Translations under genes and position numbers: made by a program
In this document: piece by piece, positions 49,143 to 58,406 of the stretch
Position numbering within the stretch: the first letter of the stretch is position 1
How the letters are laid out: every line of letters begins with the position of its first letter
Notes under the pieces: model-generated
Databases searched by the model: none
Seen by the model: the letters and a program-made list of their open reading frames with translations, nothing else
What the model was told of the DNA's origin: nothing
Assembly: GCA_949373095.1 (NCBI GenBank)
Contig: CASIBY010000007.1
Location: 20,087 to 84,086 of the forward strand
Length of the DNA: 64,000 nucleotides
Source of the DNA: Candidatus Poseidoniaceae archaeon
GTDB taxonomy: Archaea; Thermoplasmatota; Poseidoniia; Poseidoniales; Poseidoniaceae
Reading direction: 5' to 3'

Positions 49143-49598
49143 AAGCTTCACTTCATCCCCATCACGCAGGTCAAAGTGTTCCCGAAGAAATGCTGATGAT
49201 ATCACTTCAATAACATCAACGTGCCGAGTTAAATCTGGAATGAGCAAAGCACATTTGGTAGAAACATCATTCCTTGTGATTGTGGCTTGAAAAGCCGATG
49301 CTCCCCCAAACGAGACGCCGTCCCGTAGGAAGCCACGCACACGTATCAGTTCGTATGCCGAAACATCGTGATGTTGTGCATCTTCCCTGGATTGTTGTGG
49401 TGCGTCTAGAGTATCTATACCCGCTCGCTGCCGTAGAGCGATGTATTGGCTCAGAATACTTGGCTCAACTTTGACGTTGAGTGTACCTGGCCATGCGGTC
49501 TGCCCCAGAATCTCCCTGAATTGTTCTTGATAGTGCGGCTGCGCCATGAAAACATGTGCTCTACCTAGCCCACTGCTTACGGCTCCTACCAGTTCCAT
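49131..49598 (-). CDS. ribK: CTP-dependent riboflavin kinase (archaeal RibK, MJ0056 family)
   Basis: …GLGRAHVFM…PGTLNV… pattern and a length of 155 aa. Confidence 0.6.
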   Translation of the reverse strand: MELVGAVSSGLGRAHVFMAQPHYQEQFREILGQTAWPGTLNVKVEPSILSQYIALRQRAGIDTLDAPQQSREDAQHHDVSAYELIRVRGFLRDGVSFGGASAFQATITRNDVSTKCALLIPDLTRHVDVIEVISSAFLREHFDLRDGDEVKLSLP

Positions 49599-49680
49599 AT
49601 TACATGCGAAAGATTTCCCCTTTTTGAGTATGCGTTCTCAACCATCTCGGGAGTTGATATACTCTTAGCGAATTTAATCT

Positions 49681-50166
49681 ATGGCGAAGATTATGGATGA
49701 ACGTGAAGAAAACCCAGAGGAAAACGATGAGAAATCACATGAAACTGATTCCAAAGTAACCATCGAAGACATGGGGATATTTCTGACTGTCTACAATGCC
49801 TTCATCCAGCAGGTAATGGAACTTGAATGGCCTGATAAGGTCCCATTAAATGAAGACACAAAACTACAGCAAATGTTGTTCCAGATGTTCTGGGCACAGC
49901 GACACCGCCAGCGAATGAGAGACGAACGTGTGGAACGAAAGCGCAATCACAAAACAAGTGATGATGAACAAGAGTTTAATTTCAGAGTTGGGACCAAGGA
50001 CAACTTCAAGCGGTTTCTTCGTCACCAAATGGAGGCCAACAACAACGATGATGAATTTGAGAAGAATACAACGTTCATTGACCCTGGTGAAGCAACACCC
50101 GATGGAGAACATTCAACAGACGAAGCTGTCGGTCGCCGGGAGCGATTTCGAGAAGAGTGGGAATAA
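49681..50166 (+). CDS. hypothetical acidic protein
   Basis: 161 aa with Glu/Asp-rich termini. No family recognised. Confidence 0.3.
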   Translation: MAKIMDEREENPEENDEKSHETDSKVTIEDMGIFLTVYNAFIQQVMELEWPDKVPLNEDTKLQQMLFQMFWAQRHRQRMRDERVERKRNHKTSDDEQEFNFRVGTKDNFKRFLRHQMEANNNDDEFEKNTTFIDPGEATPDGEHSTDEAVGRRERFREEWE

Positions 50167-50169
50167 AAA

Positions 50170-50658
50170 TCAGTTACGAATTCCGGTAGCATAGGCTAAG
50201 AATTCCATTGACGATGTCCTATTTTTCTGATTTTTTGCAAAACTGATGGTCGAAGTTTCGATACGTAGATTGACAATGGATGCACAGCCGAGTTGAGTTG
50301 CTTGTTCCTGCAACCGGCGAGTAACCTCTCTTCGCCCGTATTGAATGACGACATCATAGGAATGAAGTCGTCCGCCAAAAATGGATTTACCCCACATGAA
50401 GAACATCTGCCCTATGGACGGACCAACAACAATGCTTGTATGGAGAAGTACTGAACTCTGTGCGGAAAGAGTGGCCATCTTGCTTGACGTAGAACCAACG
50501 AGGTGACCCCCAAATGCATCATTCTGTTGCTTCTCTTGTTCGTTAAGCGCATTCAAGAGCGTGCCCTGATACCAACGGCCGATGGCCCAAGAAAATAAGG
50601 GAAAAGCAAGAGGTGCGAATAACCCAAGGAGAATAAATAGAATGAGTTCAAAATCCAT
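50170..50658 (-). CDS. YbjQ/UPF0145 (DUF74)-like domain protein with N-terminal TM helix
   Basis: C-terminal …SIVVGPSIGQMFFMWGKSIFGGRLHSYDVVIQ…LGCASIVNLRIE resembles the YbjQ fold. Tandem with the next gene. Confidence 0.4.
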   Translation of the reverse strand: MDFELILFILLGLFAPLAFPLFSWAIGRWYQGTLLNALNEQEKQQNDAFGGHLVGSTSSKMATLSAQSSVLLHTSIVVGPSIGQMFFMWGKSIFGGRLHSYDVVIQYGRREVTRRLQEQATQLGCASIVNLRIETSTISFAKNQKNRTSSMEFLAYATGIRN

Positions 50659-50667
50659 GTCCTCGCC

Positions 50668-51006
50668 TCACTGGACGACGACTGCAGTGCCGTAACAGAA
50701 GAGTTCAGATGCACCCGCAGCAACGTTGGAGGTTGCAAAGCGGACGTTTACAATTGCATTTGCTCCTCGTGAATTTGCGTCAGCCATCATTCGCTGTAGG
50801 GCTTCGTTTCGTGATTCGTTCAACAGTTCAGTGTAGGCTTTGAGTTCACCACCAACGATGTTCTTCAAACCGGCAAAGATATCCTTACCAATATGTTTAG
50901 CTCGCACAGTAGAACCGGTAACAAGGCCAAGAGAAGAGACAACCGAATGACCTGGTATTGTTTCAACATTTGAGAGCATCAACGAGATGGCTTGTGGGGG
51001 TTCCAT
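50668..51006 (-). CDS. YbjQ/UPF0145 (DUF74) family protein
   Basis: …TIPGHSVVSSLGLVTGSTVRAKHIGKDIFAGLKNIVGGELKAYTEL…GANAIVNVRF…GTAVVV. Confidence 0.6.
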   Translation of the reverse strand: MEPPQAISLMLSNVETIPGHSVVSSLGLVTGSTVRAKHIGKDIFAGLKNIVGGELKAYTELLNESRNEALQRMMADANSRGANAIVNVRFATSNVAAGASELFCYGTAVVVQ

Positions 51007-51051
51007 AGAATTCGCAGGAAGAGGTACCCTATCAAAGTTAGGGCTGAGGAC

Positions 51052-52536
51052 TCAGAGCAAGGGTTGCTGGCGAAGCCAATCCAAATCAGAAATGTAAAGT
51101 TGCCGAATATCGTCAAGCCCAAGAACGAGCATGGCGAGGCGTTCAAGTCCCATACCCCAAGCTAGCACTGGAGATTCAATGCCTAAAGGCTCGGTTACTT
51201 CGGGGCGGAAAATACCTGCCCCTCCAAGTTCAAGCCATTTCCCATGCCACTTCACTTCAATTTCAAGACTCGGTTCGGTATACGGGAAGTAAGCTGGTCG
51301 AACACGAACTTCGGGATAACCCATTTTGGCGTAGAAGGTCTTGAGTGTCGTAACCAACATCTGGAGGTTTGCTCCTTCTTCCATGATGATGCCTTCAATC
51401 TGATGAAATTCCGGTAAATGGGTGCGATCAATCGCTTCCTTACGGAATACACGGTCAACAGAAAAGACCCGACATGCTTCTTTTGGATGCTTAGCAAGGT
51501 ACTGAATGGTGTTCACCGTGGTGTGGGTTCGCAAAAGAGTGCGCTGGGCTGTGTCAAATGAAAAGGAGCCACCCCAACCGGTAGACCCTGTCGCTCCACC
51601 GTCTTCATGAATGGACTTCCATTTCCCCATCAATTCCTCCGATAATTCCATTTTTGCAGGCTCTTTGAGGTAGAATGTGTCTTGCATCTCCCGAGCAGGG
51701 TGGTCTTGAGGAATGAACAGAGCATCCATGTTCCAACCCGCCGTTTGAACATAATCATCGACCAGTTCCGAGAATCCCATTTCCAAAAACACTGACCGGA
51801 TACGTTCAATCAACGCTTGCATTGGGTGACTGCGACCTCGACGAGGGGTTGCCGATTCAAGCGTCACATCAAATGCTCTAAATTCTGCTTCTTTCCAAGC
51901 ATCTGTTTGGAGAAGTTCAGGAGTCAGTTCTGAAATAACAACCGTCTCGTTCAAGTGTTCATCATCAACGGAAAGTCCTAAATCTGTAATGGACCAAGTA
52001 CGAGTTGTCTGCTCTAGCGAAGCAATCAACCCTTTGCGTTGACGGAAGTGTTGAAGCAGCCCGTCATCAAGATCCCTCATTTCGATAGGCAGAGCGTTCA
52101 AAAAATCCCGACGTTGCTTGAGAACGGATTCAATGTGAGAGGAGTCTTGCGCCACCAAAATCCCACCCTCAATGCTCACACCAAGTTGTTTGAGCAATCC
52201 CACACCTGGTCCAGCTTCATGACGCTCAAATTCGCCTTGTAATGCTCGCATGGAGGGTTCGCTGCCCGCCGTCATCCAATTCCAGAGTCGTTGTTCAAGT
52301 AGCCCAGATGCAAGGGCATTCTCACCTTCACTGTCCAGTCGGATTTCCGTGGTCACATGTTCCTCAACAGAAACAAAACCATGATTTTCAAGGCCGTGTC
52401 CCGCACCAACGGCGACGGCTTGGTCGGTCCAATCGCATGCAGCCAAGAGTTCTTCAAGCGACCATTTGGTCTGCTCGTTTTGTTGCATCTTGAGCAACAT
52501 TCGTCGCTCCGGATTCAACAGATTAAGAGCATCCAT
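51052..52536 (-). CDS. pheS: phenylalanine--tRNA ligase alpha subunit (archaeal/eukaryotic type)
   Basis: 494 aa. Class II motifs (…FRPE…, GMGLERLAML). An N-terminal extension typical of archaeal PheS. Confidence 0.85.
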   Translation of the reverse strand: MDALNLLNPERRMLLKMQQNEQTKWSLEELLAACDWTDQAVAVGAGHGLENHGFVSVEEHVTTEIRLDSEGENALASGLLEQRLWNWMTAGSEPSMRALQGEFERHEAGPGVGLLKQLGVSIEGGILVAQDSSHIESVLKQRRDFLNALPIEMRDLDDGLLQHFRQRKGLIASLEQTTRTWSITDLGLSVDDEHLNETVVISELTPELLQTDAWKEAEFRAFDVTLESATPRRGRSHPMQALIERIRSVFLEMGFSELVDDYVQTAGWNMDALFIPQDHPAREMQDTFYLKEPAKMELSEELMGKWKSIHEDGGATGSTGWGGSFSFDTAQRTLLRTHTTVNTIQYLAKHPKEACRVFSVDRVFRKEAIDRTHLPEFHQIEGIIMEEGANLQMLVTTLKTFYAKMGYPEVRVRPAYFPYTEPSLEIEVKWHGKWLELGGAGIFRPEVTEPLGIESPVLAWGMGLERLAMLVLGLDDIRQLYISDLDWLRQQPLL

Positions 52537-52598
52537 GCATCTTCCAGCAGAACACCCGACTTGAAATCACCGTTTGAAATGACTCAAATGTAACGAAC

Positions 52599-52976
52599 TT
52601 ATTCTTCCTCTTCCCACAGCGGCATCTTGCACGAGGGACAGGAATAGGATGAGGGTTTGCCTCCTTCAACCAATTCAACATGACCACATGGTCCGCACAA
52701 AACTGATGAACGAATCGGGTCATCAAGAGTCACATCAACTCTGTACATAACGCGCCCTGCATCTGGAAGCATTTCTCCATCAGGCGACCATTCTGCAACC
52801 GCCTCAGGAGACATGCCCACTTGTCGACTTAGCGACATTCCGACCAAGAAAAAGACAATTCCAAACAATCCCACAGTCACGGCCATTGAACCAAGGCCCG
52901 CCACCGTCATAAACGCACCAAAAACGATGCAAATAAAACCGGTAATGAGGAAATTCTCACGTGAGAGTCGGGTCAT
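52599..52976 (-). CDS. small membrane protein with C-terminal zinc ribbon
   Basis: Two TM helices, then CGPCGH…CPSCK. Confidence 0.35.
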   Translation of the reverse strand: MTRLSRENFLITGFICIVFGAFMTVAGLGSMAVTVGLFGIVFFLVGMSLSRQVGMSPEAVAEWSPDGEMLPDAGRVMYRVDVTLDDPIRSSVLCGPCGHVELVEGGKPSSYSCPSCKMPLWEEEE

Positions 52977-52985
52977 GAGATCACA

Positions 52986-54272
52986 TCACTTTTGAGTTGC
53001 TTTGAGGGCTTCTGCAACCTTTGGTATTTGCTCTAGCGGAATGGCACATAGTCCAATCCGAACTCCACCAGAAAGTGGAACAAGATAGACATGCATGTCA
53101 GCGCAAGCCTCTGCAACAGCAACCGGGTCCGAACATTCGTACCATGCAAAGAAACCATCGTGGGTGGGGTTAACTGGAACATCCAATTCGCTACATGCCT
53201 TGACAAATGCATCTCTGCGTTCAATCAGCAAAGCCGCTAGTCGGTCACGCTCTTTACCCCAAGATGCGCCTCCTTCCTCAGAGCCGTGCATTTCACTGAG
53301 AACATATTGAGGAACTCTCGGAGCAGCGGACCATGTTTGCCGGCCAGTGACCCCCATTACTTCACGTAATTTTTCGAGTGTTGCTTCCTCGGGATGGATG
53401 CAAACAAGTGCACCGGTTCGCATGCCGTAAATAGTGTGGGATTTTGAAAGTGAAACTGCAAAACATATCAAGAGATTTTCTGGCCATGGGAGTCCATTTT
53501 CGAGGGCCTCAAGAATGGTTTCTGCCCATCCGTGAGGTTCGTCCGCATAGAGATGATAGGCTGCGTCGATCAACAGCGTGTGGCCAACGTTTTCATGTCG
53601 AGCTGCACTCTCCATGAAGAGATTGAGAAGAGCATATCTGCTATCGCTTGGAAGTGATAATCCGGTTGGATTGTGGGCTGGGTCATTCAACCATGTCATG
53701 ACAGTGGATTGCGTGGTCGCCAATGATTCCAGAGCGTCCTGGAATCCGGCAGCATCAAAATTCGGGTGTTCGGCCGTTTCTTCTTTGGGAAGAAGTGGAT
53801 AGGTTGCTATGTTGAGATCGCATCCTTTCAGAAAACCAGAGTAAGGGCCCCAGTGCCGGTCTCGGAGGAGCACAGCTTCACCACGCTCAGCAAAATTAGA
53901 GGCCGCCAAAAACAAGGCCCCAGAACCCCCAGGACTAGCTGTAGCCATTCCGCTCACACCGAGCTCTTCCAGGGTGCTGCGTTGATCGCCAAGTGCCAGG
54001 GTTTGCGCAAGGTCTAGAAAATTAGGGAGGCCCTTTAGCGGAGCGTAGGCTGCAAATTCCACGGGAGGGGCTTCTCGTAAGGCTGAATCAACAACTGTGT
54101 TGATAGCAAGGCTTCCATCATCCTCAAGTAATGCACCTACAGTTCCATTAACCGCATCTGCTCCTGCAGCAGCAGCATTTTGATAGCGGGCAAACCAAGT
54201 AAAAATGACATCTTTGCCGCTTTTTAATTTGCCATGCGATGACAAAAATTGCATACCTGGTGCATCATCCAT
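52986..54272 (-). CDS. aspartate/aromatic amino acid aminotransferase (class I, AAT-like)
   Basis: 428 aa with the fold-type I AAT family pattern (…AYAPLKGLP…, …SLSKSHTIYGMRTG… PLP-Lys region). Confidence 0.7.
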   Translation of the reverse strand: MDDAPGMQFLSSHGKLKSGKDVIFTWFARYQNAAAAGADAVNGTVGALLEDDGSLAINTVVDSALREAPPVEFAAYAPLKGLPNFLDLAQTLALGDQRSTLEELGVSGMATASPGGSGALFLAASNFAERGEAVLLRDRHWGPYSGFLKGCDLNIATYPLLPKEETAEHPNFDAAGFQDALESLATTQSTVMTWLNDPAHNPTGLSLPSDSRYALLNLFMESAARHENVGHTLLIDAAYHLYADEPHGWAETILEALENGLPWPENLLICFAVSLSKSHTIYGMRTGALVCIHPEEATLEKLREVMGVTGRQTWSAAPRVPQYVLSEMHGSEEGGASWGKERDRLAALLIERRDAFVKACSELDVPVNPTHDGFFAWYECSDPVAVAEACADMHVYLVPLSGGVRIGLCAIPLEQIPKVAEALKATQK

Positions 54273-54371
54273 GCCGCACCGTTGGCCCCATTGTTCTTTG
54301 ACTTGACCCCCCTTTTTCTTGAATGACCATCCGCTTCATTCATCAAGGGGAGCCCACACGCAACGGATGAA

Positions 54372-54445
54372 GCCAACGTAGCACAGTCTGGTAGTGCGTC
54401 TGATTTGTAATCAGACGGTCGGGGGTTCGAGTCCCTCCGTTGGCT
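54372..54445 (+). tRNA. tRNA-Thr (anticodon TGT); CCA encoded at 54446-54448
   Basis: Manual fold: acceptor gccaacg/cgttggc, D stem gcac/gtgc, anticodon stem tctga/tcaga with loop ttTGTaa, T arm ggggg-ttcgagt-ccctc, discriminator T. Confidence 0.85.
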
Positions 54446-54507
54446 CCACATCAGCGTTTGAGTTTTGGAAACAGTCCTTGATATACTCAACCCAGCACTT
54501 TCAGTAC

Positions 54508-54738
54508 ATGCCGGAATGTAACATTGACGCAAGAGGAAAAGTAGCACGCTTTGTTAGTGGAGTAGGTTCGATTGCAGCAGGACTTATTGTCGCCACCTTG
54601 CTGGTCACCGATACTGTTACACTCGGAATAGGATGGCTCGGAGTTGCAGGCCTGACACTCGGTGGAGCATTTGCCATATACGAAGCAAGAGCAGGCTGGT
54701 GTATTGTCCGCGCCATGGGCATTCGCACGCCACTGTGA
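54508..54738 (+). CDS. DUF2892-family small membrane protein (YgaP-like)
   Basis: …RGKVARFVSGVGSIAAGLIV…GWLGVAGLTLGGAFAIYEARAGWCIVRAMGI matches the DUF2892 pattern. The start was moved to 54508 because the ORF-track start at 54394 overlaps the tRNA. Confidence 0.5.
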   Translation: MPECNIDARGKVARFVSGVGSIAAGLIVATLLVTDTVTLGIGWLGVAGLTLGGAFAIYEARAGWCIVRAMGIRTPL

Positions 54739-54777
54739 ACGCCACACTGAAAGCGAACACTCAAAACCCAAAACCCT

Positions 54778-55665
54778 GTGGAATTGGGCATGAGCGCACA
54801 ACGTCTTGATGGAAAAGCATGTGCGGCCGCCGTAGAAGAAGAACTTCTTGAAAGGATAAACTCCCTTCAATCCCATGGACTTGAACCACATTTGGCCGTG
54901 ATCATTGTTGGAAATGACCCTGCATCCCATGTATATGTTAATTCCAAAGTTCGGACATGCAAACGATTGGGAATACGCTCAACTCATCTTGAACTCCCAG
55001 AAGACACTTCTGAAGACATACTCCGAGAACATATACTGGAAATGAATTCACGTGATGACCTTCATGGAATCTTGATTCAATCACCCCTACCGCCACACAT
55101 GAATGAGGGGGCACTTACCGATTTAATTGACCCGACTAAAGATGTAGATGGGTTTCATCCCTCCAACCTCGGAAGGATTGTTCAGGGTCGTCTCGATGGT
55201 ATGATTCCCTGCACACCTGCTGGAGTTATGCGCATGCTCAAATGGGCCAACATTGAACTTTCAGGAAAAAAAGCCGTTGTCATCGGACGTTCGTTTAATG
55301 TCGGCATGACACAAGCCCTTCTACTTGCAGCAAAAGGAGCAGATGCTACCGTCACCATCGTCCACTCTAGAACACAAAATCCCAAAGAGGAGTGCAAGGA
55401 TGCTGATATTGTAGTTGCTGCTGTTGGACGTCCTGAAATGGTACAACCTGATTGGATTAAACCAGGTGCTGTTGTTGTTGATGTTGGAATCAATCGCGTT
55501 GATGATGCAACCAGAGAAAGGGGCTGGAGACTGGCGGGCGACGTTGCCGCAGGCGTATCTAATATTGCATCATGGATCTCACCCGTACCCGGCGGAGTCG
55601 GGCCAATGACCATTGCAATGTTGATGGAGAACACCGTTCGTTCAGCGGAATCACGAATGTTATGA
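54778..55665 (+). CDS. folD: bifunctional methylenetetrahydrofolate dehydrogenase/cyclohydrolase
   Basis: …LAVIIVGNDPASHVYVNSKVRTCKRLGI…, a Rossmann motif VVIGRSFNVGMTQALLL, and PGGVGPMTIAML. Confidence 0.85.
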   Translation: MELGMSAQRLDGKACAAAVEEELLERINSLQSHGLEPHLAVIIVGNDPASHVYVNSKVRTCKRLGIRSTHLELPEDTSEDILREHILEMNSRDDLHGILIQSPLPPHMNEGALTDLIDPTKDVDGFHPSNLGRIVQGRLDGMIPCTPAGVMRMLKWANIELSGKKAVVIGRSFNVGMTQALLLAAKGADATVTIVHSRTQNPKEECKDADIVVAAVGRPEMVQPDWIKPGAVVVDVGINRVDDATRERGWRLAGDVAAGVSNIASWISPVPGGVGPMTIAMLMENTVRSAESRML

Positions 55666-55705
55666 ACGTGCCAATCAATATATCCCCGAACGCTTTGCTG
55701 AGATT

Positions 55706-56692
55706 GTGGCCCACGACCCTCGCGCACCCAAACTCGCTGCAGTGTCTATTTTGCTAGCCCTGATTCTTGGTGCAGCAGCCATCATAAATTCCCAGCTGGA
55801 CTTCATCGGCAATTCGGGTATGGGAATTGAAGAAACTGTGCTTCTGCTTACTACTCTCGTTCTCGTCGGACTTGCAAAATGGGCTAACACCGAACATGCA
55901 ATCCCGGAATTCACGTCTTCAAGCACAAAGACATCAAGCGCTTTCGAAGATTTTGATGATGTTCGAACGCCCATTGCGGCCGGTGGGAATTCATATCAGA
56001 GCACAACTAGCAGAGCGTCCAGTCAAACAACCGCAAACATTCTCTCATCAATTCTTGGACAAGAACAACAGACAAATGAAGAAGATGTGCGCTCTGCAAT
56101 ATCTACCCTCTCTACAGGAGAATTTGGAATGCGTGCTCAACAGGAAGCAAAAACTACAGAGTTTGCGAAAGAGGACAATCATCGACGTGATTCTGCCCCA
56201 ACCAGTGAAGAAACAGGTGCTGTGTTGAAGCGAGTTGTTGTTCAACCCGTCCCTCTACCGGGCCTGGAACAAGAGATATTAGTCAACCCAACAACCATTC
56301 CAGGATTTGAACCCGACCGAGTTTTCGTGACAGAAGGTGTAGATCATGTCCCACTACCGGAACTACCGAACGTCACAACCCAAATCCCGCAAGTAGAACC
56401 CGAGGTCAAGGAAATGCATGTAGAATCCATTTCAACAAGCCTTCCAGAACTTCCAGAGTTCAGCTCTACAGATTCCACCGAACCGTCATTGCCGGAACTC
56501 CCAGAATTATCCACCGAAGTAGCATTGGAACCATCATTACCAGAACTCCCCGACCTACCGAAAGCAACGGTCGCACCACTGCCCCTACCTGAACTTCCGG
56601 ACCTAGACGATTTGTTTGGAGATTCCACTGAGGTTGAGGTTCAGGCGGCTCCAGTTACACCAGACCTTCCTAATCTCGATGATTTGTTTTGA
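55706..56692 (+). CDS. membrane-anchored low-complexity protein with tandem (E)PSLPELPE repeats
   Basis: A GTG start and two N-terminal TM helices. A Ser/Thr/Gln-rich spacer, then at least six LPELP(E/D) repeats and a terminal PDLPNLDDLF. Confidence 0.45.
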   Translation: MAHDPRAPKLAAVSILLALILGAAAIINSQLDFIGNSGMGIEETVLLLTTLVLVGLAKWANTEHAIPEFTSSSTKTSSAFEDFDDVRTPIAAGGNSYQSTTSRASSQTTANILSSILGQEQQTNEEDVRSAISTLSTGEFGMRAQQEAKTTEFAKEDNHRRDSAPTSEETGAVLKRVVVQPVPLPGLEQEILVNPTTIPGFEPDRVFVTEGVDHVPLPELPNVTTQIPQVEPEVKEMHVESISTSLPELPEFSSTDSTEPSLPELPELSTEVALEPSLPELPDLPKATVAPLPLPELPDLDDLFGDSTEVEVQAAPVTPDLPNLDDLF

Positions 56693-56734
56693 AGGACGAA
56701 TCATTCAAAGAGGTTCGCCACCTACATCTAATAC

Positions 56735-57622
56735 ATGTGGACCGAAACTTATGACCTCCATTCACACTCAACACATAGTGATGGAGAGCATCCTGTGGAT
56801 CATGTCGGCCAACTTATGGCGGCCAACGGGGTTCAAACTTGGGCCCTCACGGACCATGATACGGCTTCGGGGTGGCTTGAGGCGTCCCAGATAGCTAAAG
56901 CAAACGGCATGACGTTTATTCCTGGCGTAGAGATCACTTGCACTCCCGCTCATCCGCCCATGGATGAGGAACTTACGAAGCGAGAACGGGAGCGTGCATC
57001 TGCATCATGGCACCTTTTGGCCTACTTCCCAAACCATGTCCCAGGTAAAACAGATGAATCTGTAGCCTCTTTCCTCGAATGGTTGGCACCAAAGCAAGAC
57101 GGGAGAGAACCACGAATGCGCGCCATGTGTGCCCGATTGGAAACATTAGGAATGCCGGTGGATGTGGAAGGAGTTCTAGCGCGGGCAGAAGGTTCTGTGG
57201 GACGGCCACACCTTGCTGCGGCCATGGTTGAAGCCGGCTATGTAGAAAATAAACAAGAAGCGTTTGAACGATGGCTTGGAGATGGCAACCCTGGATTTGT
57301 ACCTCACGAAAAACCTACGATTCAAGACGCTGTGACGGCTATCAAAAAGGCTGGTGGAGTGACCTCACTCGCCCATCCAATTTACTACGGGGTGCCTGTG
57401 AAACGCCTCATTGAAGTTCTAAAGAGTCAAGGAATCAATGCAGTTGAGGCCGTCCATCGCAGCCACAGTGATGAATACAGGTACGAACTCATGACAGAAG
57501 CCACCTCACAAGGATTGGCCATCACAGTTGGTTCCGACTTCCACGGCACGAGTTATCAGCAACATCCTGGACATATGCCGATCATGCTTGATGCTCTGAT
57601 TGAACAAATCAAGCACGCATGA
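56735..57622 (+). CDS. PHP-domain phosphoesterase (histidinol-phosphatase-like)
   Basis: YDLHSHSTHSDG…ALTDHDT…PGVEIT are PHP motifs. Confidence 0.75.
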   Translation: MWTETYDLHSHSTHSDGEHPVDHVGQLMAANGVQTWALTDHDTASGWLEASQIAKANGMTFIPGVEITCTPAHPPMDEELTKRERERASASWHLLAYFPNHVPGKTDESVASFLEWLAPKQDGREPRMRAMCARLETLGMPVDVEGVLARAEGSVGRPHLAAAMVEAGYVENKQEAFERWLGDGNPGFVPHEKPTIQDAVTAIKKAGGVTSLAHPIYYGVPVKRLIEVLKSQGINAVEAVHRSHSDEYRYELMTEATSQGLAITVGSDFHGTSYQQHPGHMPIMLDALIEQIKHA

Positions 57623-58406
57623 TTCGGTCCAATGCCAGAGCGATTTCAAAGAAAACGATAACGGGCATGGCCACGAGGAACAACGAAAGTGGGTCGGGAG
57701 GAGACAACAATGCCCCCATCACAAACGCACTAAACCAGATGTGCCTTCGATACATAACGAGGCTTTTCCGGTCCACGAAGCCCATGCGCAGGGCTACGGT
57801 CGTCAGGACGGGTGCTTGGAAGCCAATGGCGGATGCTAAGGCAAGATTGATGATAAAACCGGCATAACCCGAAAGTCTCCATTCTGTCGAGAGACCTGCT
57901 TGTTGAGCATCGTTTGTCAAGTACTCCAATAACATTGGAGTTAGTCCTTCCCAAGCATAGAACACGCCAAGGCCAAACAGTACCAGACTACTGAGAGCCG
58001 TGATAACAAGGGCGGGCGCTGGCCTTGGAACACGAAGGTCGAGTTCAGACAACCGTGAACGAACAGCCTCATTTTTACTCCCTTTCCAGGCCCCATGTAC
58101 AAGCGCCAAAAAGACGACCAAAGCAAGACCAACAGCACCTGCAATTCTCAACTGCAAAAGTAGAAATTCAACCGGAGTCACTACGATGATGGATACATCA
58201 TCTGGTAAACGCTGGGGGTGAATTAACCATGATATTACTTGTTTTGTGAATGGGAAGGATGCTGAAAAACCAACTGCAAAGAGAACGACATAGAATTTGA
58301 ATGAGCGCTGAAGATAGGAGCGGAAATCATCAATCATGATTCCGCCAGGCGATTGCATCAATCGGTCCACAGTTACTGCAATGGACTCGTCCTGCATGCA
58401 TCTCAC
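57609..58406 (-). CDS. tatC: twin-arginine translocase subunit
   Basis: Six TM helices and TatC motifs (…FAVGFSASFPF…, FSAFVMGALLSPPDPLS). Confidence 0.75.
   Translation of the reverse strand: MRCMQDESIAVTVDRLMQSPGGIMIDDFRSYLQRSFKFYVVLFAVGFSASFPFTKQVISWLIHPQRLPDDVSIIVVTPVEFLLLQLRIAGAVGLALVVFLALVHGAWKGSKNEAVRSRLSELDLRVPRPAPALVITALSSLVLFGLGVFYAWEGLTPMLLEYLTNDAQQAGLSTEWRLSGYAGFIINLALASAIGFQAPVLTTVALRMGFVDRKSLVMYRRHIWFSAFVMGALLSPPDPLSLFLVAMPVIVFFEIALALDRIMRA

Noticed and set aside
54394-54507. First 38 codons of ORF 54394..54738
   Set aside because: They overlap the tRNA-Thr gene (54372-54448). The DUF2892-like protein is complete from the internal ATG at 54508.
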